A stretch of 64,000 bases of DNA from Mobula hypostoma. Taxonomy: Eukaryota. The stretch covers positions 69,380,001-69,444,000 of the forward strand of contig NC_086108.1 in the NCBI RefSeq assembly GCF_963921235.1, written 5' to 3'. Positions 27,301-40,757 of the stretch are shown in pieces. Every line of letters begins with the position of its first letter. Positions within the stretch are counted from its first letter, which is position 1. The position numbers and the translations under genes were made by a program. The notes below the pieces were generated by a model, which ran no database searches, was not told the origin of the DNA, and saw nothing but the letters and a program-made list of their open reading frames with translations.

Positions 27301-27977
27301 ATTTGGTTAACATCTTCATCAAGCTGCTTCCACAGTGAAGTCATGTTAGCTGCAGGCCATTTGATCCGCCTCCTGTTAGACTTCATGTTAGAGGGATTCG
27401 TTTGCAACACTTGGAGGTTCCAGGCACTCTGGGGTGACTCCGGGCCTGGCCCCTCCTTCGTCTCACCAGGTTGGACACCTGCGCGTTGTGCTGCTCCTGC
27501 TCCCGCCAAACACTTCATCCTTGCTTGGTGGATCTTCAAGCCGCGATCGTTCTTGCAGATTTTGCCACATGCACACTGCTTCCTCATCGTCGTTTGTTCA
27601 TTGCCTGGGTCTGATGTCGTTGTGTCCATCCGACTGGGGTGCTCATCCTCCCCGCCTCTCAGGCACCCCTGGGGGTATCTTTTCCTTAGATTCACTGTAG
27701 CTTTTGTGGGGGTCCTCCTCTCAGAGGACACAGATTGGGTTGCCAGCCCGTTCTGCCCTGGTTGCCGTCTCACCGGGCTGTCACTGTCTCTCCAGTCGTC
27801 ACCACTCTTTTCGCGGTTGTCACCCAGTCTTTCCTGGTTGTCACTGATTAACTCAGGGTGTAAGCTGTGTACATACATCTACTGATGCTTCTGGACACAT
27901 CTTCAGTGACGTTCCTGGAATCATCGGGTGTTTCGGGTCTTTCAACATCATACAGCCTCCTCCAAGTGACCCAGCCG
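24308..27977 (-). mobile_element. HERO-like (RLE-type) non-LTR retrotransposon, near full length but disrupted
   Basis: N-terminal CxCGKxCKNxRGLKIHQARMKC finger, RT (WLDLANAYGSIPH, FMDD), CCHC (CPLC...LEHILSGC), RHD, RPDIV, ELTVPWE, RKLSKY, PVEVG; ORF split into 27168-27878, 26238-27161, 24647-26125 and 24385-24684; 40-bp terminal direct repeats. Confidence 0.85.
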
Positions 27978-29037
27978 TAGTAAATGCTGATTATTCTGTG
28001 AATAAATTACTGCTGTTGAGGTTGAACATTACATTGGAAATTTACTCTTAATGGCATCTGGGACGGTGGAGGGGTGTACCAAAATTAAATTGATGAGGAA
28101 GGTGAAATTCCCACTGCCAAATGCAAAAATAATTCCTGATATTCAATCAGCAGGACAACACCTTTTATCAGACATTGTGTGACTTTTCTAGCCCAAGGTG
28201 GCATAATATCAATTCAACTCCAGGCTGGTGATTCTGCAGGGAACCTCAGAGTTCAGTCTTCCCCAGCTAGTGAAGTGCAGGACCTGCTAAGTGACAGATG
28301 CCAGTCCATACCCACTTCTGCTCTATCACTGAACTCAGTGCACAGTCCAGTAGAATGAAGCTGGGAAATCTGCATCTTCTATCCTTCACAGGAGACCTAC
28401 TGCAGGATCTGTGACCCCATTCATGTGTATGAGGCTTCCTACCATAGAGACTGAATAATGTAAATAAAGTAAAATATATAATTAAATTTGCCTTATTTGT
28501 ATTTCCTAATCCTTTCCATTATTTCTGTAATATGGTTTTAATTATTTTAATTTTTTAATCTGCTTTTTCTTAAGTTACCTAAACAAGTTAATGGTAAGGC
28601 TCCATGGCATAAAAAAGGTCTCTGATTAGCTGTTAAACATTTCTGAACTACTTTTACAAACTGTTATAAAGTGACGTCAGCTCTGGCAGGAGGCAAGGCC
28701 TTGCATCACCAGACCAGCTTTTAAATGGGGTGAGCTGAATCCAACATGGTTCACAAAAATGTTCTAATCAAACATGCTGTAGTCACTCCAATGAGAAACT
28801 GGCATAAGCACCAGCTGATGGGCCACGAGGCTCGGGACAGACTTTGACTTTGAGTCACTCCAATGTTGCAGAAGAGATGGGCATATAATATGTCTTGCAA
28901 ATTAGATAAAAATTGTTACACTTACTTGCGTTGCTCAATCTACTTACCAACTTCATTTGTAAACTAATGGTAAGTTCACTCTTTGCAATACAGAAATAGT
29001 TGATAGCTACATCTCTTTGAAATAAGTCAGTGTGAAT

Positions 29038-29363
29038 CAGTGTTCCCTCTAATTTGTAATGACCAGTGTGCACAAAAATCTTGCGCTGTGCAATGTTTTG
29101 CCCAGGGACAACAACATGTAAACACTGAATTTTTAAGTGGAAGTAACCCTGAAGCTATTTGAAGAATAATAAGCCATTCCGCTTTAAATGGACAGCAGTT
29201 CCTTTGCGCTTCACACCCTTCAGAAACCAGAAAAGGAAATTTGATTGTGAATTATACTTAACATGCCAACGAGGTAGAGGGTGACAACCTTTTGTGCGGA
29301 GTTTAAAATTCCTTTGTGTCCTAGTAGCAAAAGATGTGGGCGTGCACCTTAGCGGGAACATTG
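29038..29363. mobile_element. hAT-type MITE
   Basis: TIRs CAGTGTTCCCTCTAA / TTAGCGGGAACATTG; perfect 8-bp TSD GTGTGAAT at 29030-29037 and 29364-29371. Confidence 0.9.
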
Positions 29364-29484
29364 GTGTGAATTCATTAAATTAAAAAATAAAAATCAACAT
29401 TGCCATCTGGCAATCTGCTCTACCTAACTACTTGGCAGGTAACAGTAGTAAAATTATTTTTTAATCTAACTACTCGCTACTTAC

Positions 29485-29544
29485 TATGTCAATATTGCCT
29501 CTGATTTCTTCAATTCTACCTGCAAAGAACAGGAAGATAGCACC
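29485..29544 (-). CDS. TTC39A: TTC39A coding exon (GAIFLFFAGRIEEIRGNIDI)
   Basis: ctgcag acceptor, gtaagt donor, 60 nt; preceded by a short 102-nt intron. Confidence 0.95.
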
Positions 29545-29646
29545 CTGCAGGAATAGATGAAGAAAAAGATTGCAGATTTGATAATCATATCAATGCCAAA
29601 ATAAATATGTTAAAACAACTATTTCTGCTCTCCTCATAATTCCTAC

Positions 29647-29714
29647 CTTTGGATACCGTTTAAGAAAAGGTAACAGTAAACGTTCTGCATCATCAACATC
29701 GCCTTCACCGGTGC
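29647..29714 (-). CDS. TTC39A: TTC39A coding exon (GTGEGDVDDAERLLLPFLKRYPK)
   Basis: gaacag acceptor, gtagga donor, 68 nt. Confidence 0.92.
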
Positions 29715-29877
29715 CTGTTCAGAATTACAAGTTAAATTCATTTAGGGCATTGTATTATATTAACTGCCACGCTGACAGTTTTAAAAAGGTTTCATTTATT
29801 TTTCACTTGAAATCTCAGTAATAAAATTAAAAGATTTTACAGACTGATAAATACTCAGTGGCTACTTTAGACCTGTA

Positions 29878-31030
29878 CATAGAACATAGAACAGTACAGC
29901 CAAGAACAGGCCATTCGGCCCACAATGTTGTGCCAAACCAAATAAATTAGTAATTAAATGAAAAACTAATCCCTTCTGACTAGATCATATCCCTATACTT
30001 CCATTTTCCTCACATTCATGCGCCTATCTAAACATCTCTTTAAAATGTTTCTACCTCTACCACCACCCCAGACAGTGCATTCCAGTCATCCACACTCTCT
30101 GTGTAAAAATCTTGTCCCTCACATCTCCTTTGTAATTACACCCTCTCATCTGAAATGCATGCCCTCTGGTATTGACACTTTGGAAAAAAATATTGCCTGC
30201 CTATTCTATCTATGCTTCCAATAATCTTATAACCCTCTAATGGATCTCCCCTCAGTCTCCACCACTCCAGAGAAAACTAGTCACGTTTGTACAACCTCTA
30301 GTTACAGCACATTCCCTCTAATCCAGGCAACATCCTGGTAAACCTCATTTGCAGTCTCTCAAAACCCTTGATATTCTTCCTATAATGAGGTGACCAGAAT
30401 TGTGTGCAATACTTCAGCCCAACTACAGTTTTATAAAGCTGCAATATAATTTCCTGATTTATGAACTCAATGCCTCGATTAGTAAAGACAAGCATACCTT
30501 ATGCCTTCTTAACCACCCCACCATACTGTGTAGCCAGAATCTTGCCCTGAACAGTGTAATACTGTCCCTTTGTATTTGACTTACCAAGGTTCAACCTTTC
30601 ACATTTGACCAGGTTAAACTCCATCTGCCATTTTTCCACCCATATCAGTAACTGATCTATATCTCATTGTATTTTTTTTTTGCCAGTCTTCTACGCTATC
30701 AACAACACCAATCTTTATATCATCCACAAACTTACTAACCCACACATCTACATTTTCTTCAAGGTCACTTGTATACATCGGAAACAGCAGCGATCACAGC
30801 ACAGATCCCTGCCGAACACCACTAATCATAGAACAACCACTGTTCTCCAGCTGGAATAACCCTCTGACCAGTATCCTCTGTCTTCTATGGGCAAACCATA
30901 TCTGGGTCCAAGCAGCCATTTCACTATGGATCCCATGCATCCTAATCCACATCTCTACCTTCATTAAAAACCCTCAGCACCTCATCAAAACCTCATTCAA
31001 GTTAGTAAGATACAATTTGTCCTTCACAGA
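29878..31030 (-). mobile_element. Decayed CR1 LINE 3' part
   Basis: Reversed tail (catagaacatagaaca) and ILQLYKTVV..YCTQFWSPHY..RFTRMLPGL. Confidence 0.8.
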
Positions 31031-33710
31031 CCTCCAGATGATGGTGATGTGCTTGGATGCAGTGGCCTCTCTGGGTCCAAATAAAGGTGCAATTTAAGTC
31101 TTTTTTTTAAATATCATCACAAGACACCACGGGATATTAAGAACATCAAGTATGGCAGGTCTATCCCATCAGCGTGTTGCTAATAGCGATGGAGCAGGAC
31201 TTGTTGCATCATGTTGCAGCCTGCTTCAATCTCCCAGGCAAGGACAAGGCCCTCAAGCCTCGGGTCGCCTGATGCAGCTGCTAGCAAAGGAGGTGTCGGA
31301 GCCAGCTGCATGCCACTGGATTCCACACCGGTTTGGAGGCTGGCCGGCAGAAGTGGTAGAAGCTGGTTCAATTGGAACATTTAAGGGAAGATTGAACAGA
31401 TATATGGATGAGACAGATATGGAGGGCATGGTCTGGGTCCAGGTCCAGGTTTATGCAACTAGGCAGAAAACCAGGCCAGCACAAACTAGATGGACCAAAG
31501 GGCCTATTTCTGTGCTGTAGTACTCTATAACTCCAGTAGTCCATAAATATTTCAGAGACATTTATAAATAATTACACTGAAGTAAATAATTAAAAGTAAT
31601 AACCATAACCATAATTAAAAATAGAAATTATTTTAAAAGAGAATTATCTTTCCCTTGATACTCCCAGCACTAAAATCCTTTTTGAAATCAATTGGATCTT
31701 GGGTCCAATGCCAGGTCCAAGCAGGCACAGATCAAAGAAGCGAGATACTAGAGGAACCACAGCAAATGAAGCTTTGAAATCTATGATCCGTGCATTCATT
31801 TTGTAGGGTGGGGGACATAAATTGCTCAGGGAAATTGCAATACCATAGAGATTTTCAAAGATAATGATAATGAATTCAAATTAAACACACTGGGGTAATC
31901 AGCACTTCAGAAAGGATATCACTTCCTGTCAACATGACCTTTCCCAAGTTGAAACAGGTTACACATGATGAAGTATGGAGGACTGTTGTGACTGATGTGG
32001 ATGTGACACACTTGATTTTCGTGCAATAGTACATCCATTTGGATCTCGATGTTTAAAAGTCTTAATCATTGAAACAACCATAAATGCAGAGATGGCTATA
32101 AACATTTGCAATGTGCATAACCCAGCCCAGAGTTGAAAAAACTCCAAGACTGTGTGGAGCATACCTCATTTGAGAGGGTGAGATCAAAAACAATGGCAGA
32201 GGAGGAAATCTCAAAATATTTGCCCATCCTCCTAATATTAAATTATCAATATATTTTCATTTAATTTAAATCTTTTTTTTTCCTAATACCTATTAAATTC
32301 TTCAAAATTAAGTCAAACAAATTTAACCAAAAATACATGAATCAGTTTGTACTTCTTTATTTTGTCAAAGAAATGATTACCTTGTTTCTTCAGATTAATT
32401 TCTCCTCTTAAACTCTGTAGGGCTTTAATCAAAGGATACAGCAAGAAGGTAGGTGTATGGGGTTGAGTGGGCTCCAGGATCAGCCATGATGGAATGGCGG
32501 AGCAGATTCAATGGGCTGAATGGCCTAATTCTGCTGCCATGTCTTATGGTCTAAAAAAACCTGCTTGACCTCTGATCTTATACCCCTCTCTGTGGGAATT
32601 TGCCAAGTTTCTCTACCTATTCTTGAGAGTAATACTCTCATCTTGAGAGAGCTTACTCAGGATTAAATCTTACTATGGAAAATATACTTTCATTACTAAT
32701 ATTTTAAGAATGGATTATTTCTGCGGACAACAAAACAATTCACAATCAGAATGAGCACATTAAATTCCATGATCAGCAAGAGTCACATAGCTATGCTTCC
32801 AAATTCTGTGTCACAAAAGTGTTTTTTGCCAGAAGGAAGATATACAAAATGTTTTCAACAAATACAATAATTTTCTAGGCTCTTATTTTGATATTGGCTA
32901 TTTCCTATTATCTAGCAGTTACAGCACATTGCAGGTAACATAATGGAAAATTTGAAGAGCCATTTATTTATTTCATTTAATTACATATCTAGTGGAAAGT
33001 GATTCCAGTGATCTTAAGACTGCAGTTTTATTTGATTTTGAGATAATGCTTTGCTAAGCACGATGCTTAGATTATTGGTAACCAAATTTCAAGCATCAAA
33101 TTTAAGGCCTCTAATGACAATACATCATTGTAGTATGCATTGAGTAACTTTTCCAAATTTTATCACAATAATAGGATAAAGTTTAGTTTGTTGGCATTGC
33201 TCATGAATTCTCCAACTGCCACCCCTCCCCAACTGCTGCTGTAGTGAAGTATGGAAAAGGAATGGCAAGTGGAAAAAATATATAAGGAGGAATGAATGGA
33301 AAATTGTCATGTGAAAGTTGGGACATTCTGGTGCATTTATTAATCATCATATTATTTATTTATGTGAGATGTGGGCATTAGTGACAAGACTAGCATTTGC
33401 TACCCATCTCTAAATGCCTTGAAGAGGATGGCAATGAATTACATTGTAGAGTCTTTGTGATGTGAAAGATCTACGGCGTATTTTTTGAAAAGTAATAAAC
33501 TTAATGAAAAACTGTTTTATATGAACATCGATTTTGTGAGCTATCTGTAGCTACCCATAATTCTTTGTCAAGTTATTTGTCAGCCTACCGCCGAGGCAGC
33601 TCAAGAAAATCTGTATTTACTCCATTACAAAATAGTTAAGCACTCCTAACCAAAAAGATATTTGCTCTTTCTCCTTTAATAAAGTCTGTGTGGTAAAACA
33701 GACCTGGTCA

Positions 33711-33893
<183 letters not shown>

Positions 33894-36122
33894 CTAAAGA
33901 CAGGAGTCTCTTTAGTACAGTTAACATTCTTGCTATTACTTGTGCTACAAGAGCAATTTTTGATAAACTGTATAGAGTATTAAATCTTTAAACAATTTAT
34001 TTTAAGTTTTTTTTATGATTTCAAAATATACTTTATTCAAAAATAAAATTATATACAATAAACCATTCAATAACTTTCCATCCTTTACATACGTTTCCAT
34101 TATGGTCTGTACATAGCCATACTTACGGCCACCCACGTGGCACTCCAGTTGTTCACCTTACCACATCATTGTTGTAATTGCAGTTTGCTATATCACATAC
34201 ACCCTCAGCTATCTCTTTGTCTTATCAGTGCTTTTCACAGTTCTTTTGGACTCAGATCCAGTGGGTGTGTCAGATAATCCACAGGAAAGCTAATTTCAGC
34301 ACCTGGATGTTAATGTAACATTCTGAACCATTCTTCCATTGTATCAAAAGCCGTTCTCAGTTGCAATAGGATTTTACAGGATTTAATCTTTACCTATCTA
34401 AGATCACGCCTTGTTACAACTCTGACTGAAGTTCAAATGTATTTCACTCTTTGTAAATAATTTTGAGATGCCCTGAAGTGCTAAGGAAATGCAATTTCTT
34501 TTTATCTGAATCTTCTATAATATTATCAAACACAAATGACTGATGATTGTTCAAGATTAGAGCAGTCTTCATTTTTCTTTGTAAAGGATCCCAAAAATCT
34601 TAAACACAAGAGATTCTGCAGATGCTAAATTCCTCCAGCGTTTTGTGTTTGATCCCAAAAACCTGTTTGTTGAGCAAACAGAATATATTGCTGTTAATCA
34701 GTCCCTTCCCTAGTTAAAATTCACATGCTCATGAAGACGACCCACTGTTGAACTCTCACTAAGATAATTTGTGAAATGTGATAGTTTTTCAACATTCCCA
34801 TAAACACGAGGGCTGAACAATGAATCACAGTTCACAGGGCAGTGGTGTACAAAGGCACTTTAAAAAAAGGAGACTCGCAGAAATGAGATGGTGCATCACT
34901 ATGAATTAAATCAAGATCAGCTGACTACAGCAATGAAAATTAAACTGATATGACTTTCATTCAATGCTTAGAAAAGCAGTTTATTGGTTTAATGCAGTGA
35001 GTTTGTTCAAACTTATCTATCACAGTGTGAAAATACTCATCAATTCCAATCTCATCCCATATTGAATACCCCCATCCTATCGAGGGTGGATGAATCTTGA
35101 TGGTACGCCACACCCAGCCATCAGGCAGCAACATGCAGGACAATGACCTAGTCTCAGGCAGCATGTTGAAGGCCCTGTCACGAGAACATCCCTGACAGGG
35201 TTTGAAAGTTATACCAGTGCTGGAGCTGTGTATTGCATCAAAGTTATGAAGTGCTTAACTTTTTAAAAGGGGTTCTGACACTCAGAATCTAAAAATTATT
35301 AAATTTGTTCTAACTAAACTAAAAACAAAAGGCCAGGAAAGCTACAATAAAACACTCAAAGTTAGTACAGTAACTAACTTACCTTCCATATTCTGAGGGT
35401 GCAAATGAATAGGGAGTTCAGTCCAGACTAGAGAGAGAATTCCCCAACAAGATGGTGGGAAAAGCTCAGCGAGCCTAGATGTTATGTTCACTTACTGGGG
35501 GACCACACAAGTCTGGAATCTACTCCCATTCTGGTTGTTCCTTCAGGTTTGCCAGCCACAACCAAGAAAACTCAGCACATTGTGACATGGAGATATGCAA
35601 GTTAATTGCTTGGTCTTACAATTGGAGATCTGCTGTTATTTAATTTCGTGGCACTCACCCACTCATCAAGATCATGCACAAATGAGTTGATAAAATGTTT
35701 TATAAAATCACCATCTATGTTTATAAAGTTTATATATTTTAAATTGTAGTTAGCACTGGTTACAACTTTAAATGTAATTCTTTACCACATGTTATTAGGG
35801 TTGGAGGTCTAGCTGGCTGTCAAATATAGCTTGGCATTCATTACTCCAATGAATGTCCAGTGAGATTATCTGCATGGTGTAAACAACACTATGCCCCACA
35901 GTAAAAGGTGGACAATCTGTCAGGGAGAATTGCAGGAGATGTGAGAAGGCGTATCAGGTTTGATGGTATCATAATCTAGAGCTGCAGCTGGATGTTAACT
36001 TAGCAATCACTCCAGCGATAGCAACCACTGAGTATAGCCATTCAGTCACTAAAACCTGTCACTAACCTTAAAAAGCAGTGTTGCCCTCAAAAAAATACAA
36101 CTATTATATGCTTTTTTCTTAC

Positions 36123-36188
36123 CTTATTTCCAGAAAATCCAACAAATTTTAAAAGTCGGAGAATCCTTGTTGGCAATAGAGATAACGT
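36123..36188 (-). CDS. TTC39A: TTC39A coding exon (TLSLLPTRILRLLKFVGFSGNK)
   Basis: tcctag acceptor, gtaaga donor, 66 nt. Confidence 0.95.
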
Positions 36189-37074
36189 CTAGGAAAAGTA
36201 AGCACAAAAAAGCAAAAATGGGACTTCTATGTTTGCCATTTAATATTACCTTTTACCAAAAACAAAATATCCCAAGGAATCAGGACAAAGTTAAAGCAGG
36301 TAGAAATCCAAAGTTACATTCCAGTTTGGAGGTTTAGTACATGGTCAGAAATTGGCAGCTGGAAGTTTTCTCTTTGGACTTCTCACTGGTTGAAGAAAAG
36401 CTGTCCCAAAGACTAAGAAACAGAAAATGGAATGAATCGCAAGTCATCAAATGACTGCATCCCTCCATTACATGGCAGGTGGTGGCAGCAACACAGGCAA
36501 CAATATAGTAAAAACTCTGATGATGAGCAGTCATACTTAATGATACTGAGAATGTCCAGAAGGGCAAATCTATCTTGAGTTGAAGTTCATTGTTTTGACA
36601 AATCGCAGACACAAACCACTTTGGCTCCATTAAATACCCAGATAGCCTACAGCTGGCTGCACATTAAAGATCCATAGCATTCAGGAGAAGCCAGTCAATA
36701 CACAAGTCCCATAAACATCAGTACGAATAATTACCAATTATTTTGTCAATTTGAGAAAGCTTTCCAGGATAAATCTATGCCTTCAGAGTGGAGAGGAAAA
36801 TAACACATTTAATTTGGTTGTGCATTAAGTTTAAGGCCATTTGCAAAGAAATTCCATTGGGTCAGCAGTTGCTTTGGTTACGGGCCAAAAACATGAAACC
36901 TCAATCGTGACCTGGGCCCCAGACCTGGCTGAGGAAGGCTTTCACAGGAGCAGGAACATTTCATGGGCACATCAGAGCTCTGCATTTGAGAAGGCGAGTC
37001 TGAGAACAGGGACTAGTATATTGTCATTGTTGAATATAATTGGGATCAGTGCCAAAAATGCATGGGGACAAGTT

Positions 37075-37815
37075 TCATGGTGAAGGTCCACGAGTCAATA
37101 CTCATCAGAGGATCCAAGGTGGAGAGGGTTAATAACTTTAAATTCCTTGGCGTTATCATATCAGAGGATCTGTTCTGGGAACAGCACGCAAGTACCATTA
37201 CAAAGAAGGCACAACAGCGTCTCTACTTCTTTAGAAGTTTGCATACATTCAGCATGTCACCAAACACATTGACAAACTTCTACAGATGCACAGTCCTACC
37301 TGGTTGCATCATGACCTGACGTGGAAACACAGTGCCAGGAAATAGAAAAGTCTACAGAAAGAAGTGGATACAGCACAATCTATCACAGGCAAAACCCTCC
37401 CCACCACTGAGTCCATTTACACATAGCATCGCCACAAGAAAGCAGCATCCATCAACAAGGACCTCCACATCCAGGCCATGCTCTCTTCTCGCGACTACTA
37501 TAGGGCAGAAGGTACAGAAGCCTTAAGTCGCACACCAACAGGTTCACGAACGGTCATCAGAGTCCTGAACCGACACGGATAACTTCACTCAGCACAAATT
37601 AACCTACAGGCTCATTCTCAAGGACATTTTACAACTTGTGTTTTCAGTATCATTTTGTTTTAATTACACAATTTGTCTTTATTTGCACATTTGTTGTTTG
37701 TCACTCTTGGTTAATTTATGATTTTTCATAAATTCTGTTGCACTTCGCTATTTTTTTGTGAACGCCAGAAGGAAACGAATCTCAGGGTAACATACAGTAT
37801 AGGTATGCACTTTGC
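37075..37815 (+). mobile_element. Rex1/Babar-type LINE 3' fragment
   Basis: VERVNNFKFLGVIISEDL.W...TKKAQQRLYFFR. Confidence 0.8.
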
Positions 37816-38695
37816 TAGGATGAAACAGGAGAAGTAGCAAATTCAGACAGGATCACAGGGACTGAGTGGCAGCACTCAGTAGGTCAGTAGGCTATTGGGA
37901 GACCCAAGATTGCTGGCAAAGGAGCTAATTTAATGTAGAGCAGATGCAAGAAGGATTATACAATCAAATTACATTGCAGGCCTCCCAGTCTGACCCCACA
38001 GTTTAAGATCATATTGTCCCAAGAGTGCCTTCAGGACATTATGATCGAAAAGAGCTATTACATGGGGATGATGATATTCCATACAAAGACTACCACAAAG
38101 CCCCAGTCAAATTCTTCTAGTGCCATGACGTGATCCAGAAATAGTTATTGTACTTCACATAGGAAATGATGATTTTCAATAGCAGAGCTCTGAAAATAAA
38201 GTTTAATGTAATTAAATTTCTGGGCGATTTTGCACAAGAATAACATGTTTCTTGAGAAGTTTCTTTTAAAGTTGTCTTACATTATTACAATGTCAATTGT
38301 ACTTTCAACTCACAAATGAATGAGTTACATTAGCCTAGAATGTGATTGCATAGAATATGCTTAAGCTCAGATTTTAATTCATATACATTATTGCAAGGAT
38401 ACTACACGGCACGTCTCTAGCTCCAGCCTAATGTCAATACTTCTGCATACAGCATCACATTAGTACTTCTGCATAGAGGTTCATAGAAGCTAGTAGGATG
38501 AAATTGTTCTGTGCCAGGAGCATAAAGTAGTCAATGGAAAAGAAAACTGACTGTGGGGAGACAGTAGGTTGCGGAGATGCTACGAGCTTACTACCAGCGA
38601 TGCATGAGTTCATCCTTGGGTCGATCTTGCAATCCTCACAGTAACTCTACGGCTGCAACAATAGAAGGATGTTGGGAGAAGGCAACCTATGTTTA

Positions 38696-38875
<180 letters not shown>

Positions 38876-39227
38876 TTAAGTATTGAACAAAAACAATTTT
38901 TAAAAACCAAAATTATTTTAACAGAATGCATTGTAATTAAGCTCTTTTCATTGTTAAGTATATACTTAATATTTATATCTAAGCTCTTCTTGTTTAAGTT
39001 TGATGTTGAAGTTTATTCTATTAGAACGGTTCATTTACGTTATGGATATCATGATAAGCATGACTCCAACCTGGAGGTTCCTTCAGCAGAACTGAAAGGG
39101 GGATGGCCAGCCGGAGTTCCAGCGAACCTGGAAGAGTGATGTCCGAGCAGACTACGTAGGGTGAACTAAAGCAGGGAGGGCAGGGTAATTGATAGTGAAT
39201 ATTTTCGTGTGGCTTCTCTTGAAAGTA

Positions 39228-39991
39228 CAGTGGATTCCAGTAATTGGGATACATTGGGAACAGGACTTTTTGGCCCAATTAAGTGACTGCTGCAATTAGC
39301 TGAACTTTCACGGAAAGAGTTTAAAAAAGACCAACTACGTCAAGCTGAGTAATGAATTGTGTATTTAAATGAAATACAGAACAAATTAGAACACCACCAA
39401 TATTACTAAAGTACTATAAAACTGTGCATTAGTTCCTATAGTAATTGGAGGAACCTGTATAGTGAATGCTACTGTTTCTCTTGATTGACTGTAAATAATT
39501 AAAATCAGTGCAGACACTGAGTGCAGATAATGGACTGCATGAAAGTAGCATCAAAAATCACTGCTTTTTAATTCAACATCAGTTGACCCAAATGAATAAC
39601 TTAACACAAGCATACGCAACTGATGCTATTTAAAAACTATTCAGTCTAAGCACAGTATAATGTCTTAACGGCCTCACAACTGCATGCAAAAGGCACTAGT
39701 TAAAAACTGTTACATATTATGAATCTTCAGTTTCATTGTAACATTCAAGTTGATTGTTGATACCTTCAAATTCTACATAGTCCCTAACTTGTTGAAGTAA
39801 TGCAATCATTTCTTTTTCATTCCCAGCCATTTCGCACATCCTAAGCCTGAATGCTTGAAGCTGCAGTAGGCAAAACAGTTCTAAATTGTCTTACTGTTAA
39901 TTTCTCACCAACCATCAGTGACAAAAATCACTACTTTTTGAGCACAGCAGCTGCCCCAATAACTGATGGCTCAATTAACCAGAATCCACTG
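39228..39991. mobile_element. Tc1/pogo (Tigger)-type non-autonomous element
   Basis: TIRs CAGTGGATTCCAGTAATTG / CAATTAACCAGAATCCACTG; left flank TA, right flank CA. Confidence 0.65.
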
Positions 39992-40149
39992 CAATATGAA
40001 AGCTTTAGAAGCCCTGGTTATTTATCTTATTTAGTATAACTAATGGGCAAGGGTGTTTAGAGAGATCACTTTGATTATTTTTTTCTTGTACCTCTGCATC
40101 CTCCACGTTTTGAATTACCTGTACTGATAACTGCAAAACAAACAATTCC

Positions 40150-40757
40150 CTATTAGGAGTTTGAAGAGATTTGGCATGTCAACAAATACACTCAAAAACT
40201 TCTATAGTTGTACCGTGGAGAGCATTCTGACAGGCTGCATCACTGTCTGGTACGGAGGGGCTACTGCACAGGACCGAAAGAAGCTGCAGAAGGTTGTTAA
40301 TCTAGTCAGCTCCATCTTGTGTACTAGCCTACAAAGTACCCAGAACATCTTTAGGGAGCGGCATCTCAGAAAGATAACGCCTATTATTAAGGGCCTCCAG
40401 TACCCAGGGCATGCCCTTTTCTCACTGTTACCATCAGGTAGGAAATACAGAAGCCTGAAGGCACACACTCAGCGCTTCAGGAACAGCTTCTTCCCCTCTG
40501 CCATACAATTCCTGAATGGACATTGAAGCTTTGGACAGTACCTCACTTTTTAAAAAATATACAGTATTTCTGTTTTTGCACATTTTTAAAAAAATCTATT
40601 CAATATACGTAATTGATTTACTTGTTTATTTATTATGTTGTATTTTATTTATTATTTTTTTTCTCTCTCTGCTGGATTATGTATGGCATTGAACTGCTGC
40701 TGCTAAATTAACAAATTTCACGTCACACGCTGGTGATAATAAGCCTGATTTTGATTC
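40150..40757 (+). mobile_element. Rex1/Babar-type LINE 3' fragment
   Basis: FYSCTVESILTGCITVWYG...PGHALFSLLPSGRKY...RFRNSFFPSAI, followed by 3' UTR and tail. Confidence 0.8.

Noticed and set aside
24657..27885. Long plus-strand ORFs (201 and 231 aa) and similar antisense ORFs over the CR1 and Penelope elements
   Set aside because: Shadow frames of GC-rich retroelement coding sequence with no recognisable domains.
27891..27935. Hammerhead ribozyme in the HERO-like UTR (CTGAAGA and GAAAC present)
   Set aside because: GAAA is not positioned next to the stem that follows CTGAAGA, so the hammerhead topology cannot be built; reported instead as an unassigned structure.
39026..39183. GC-richer segment bounded by AG and GTAATT on the + strand (possible antisense exon)
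   Set aside because: No open frame across it and no partner exons identified; unsupported without transcript data.
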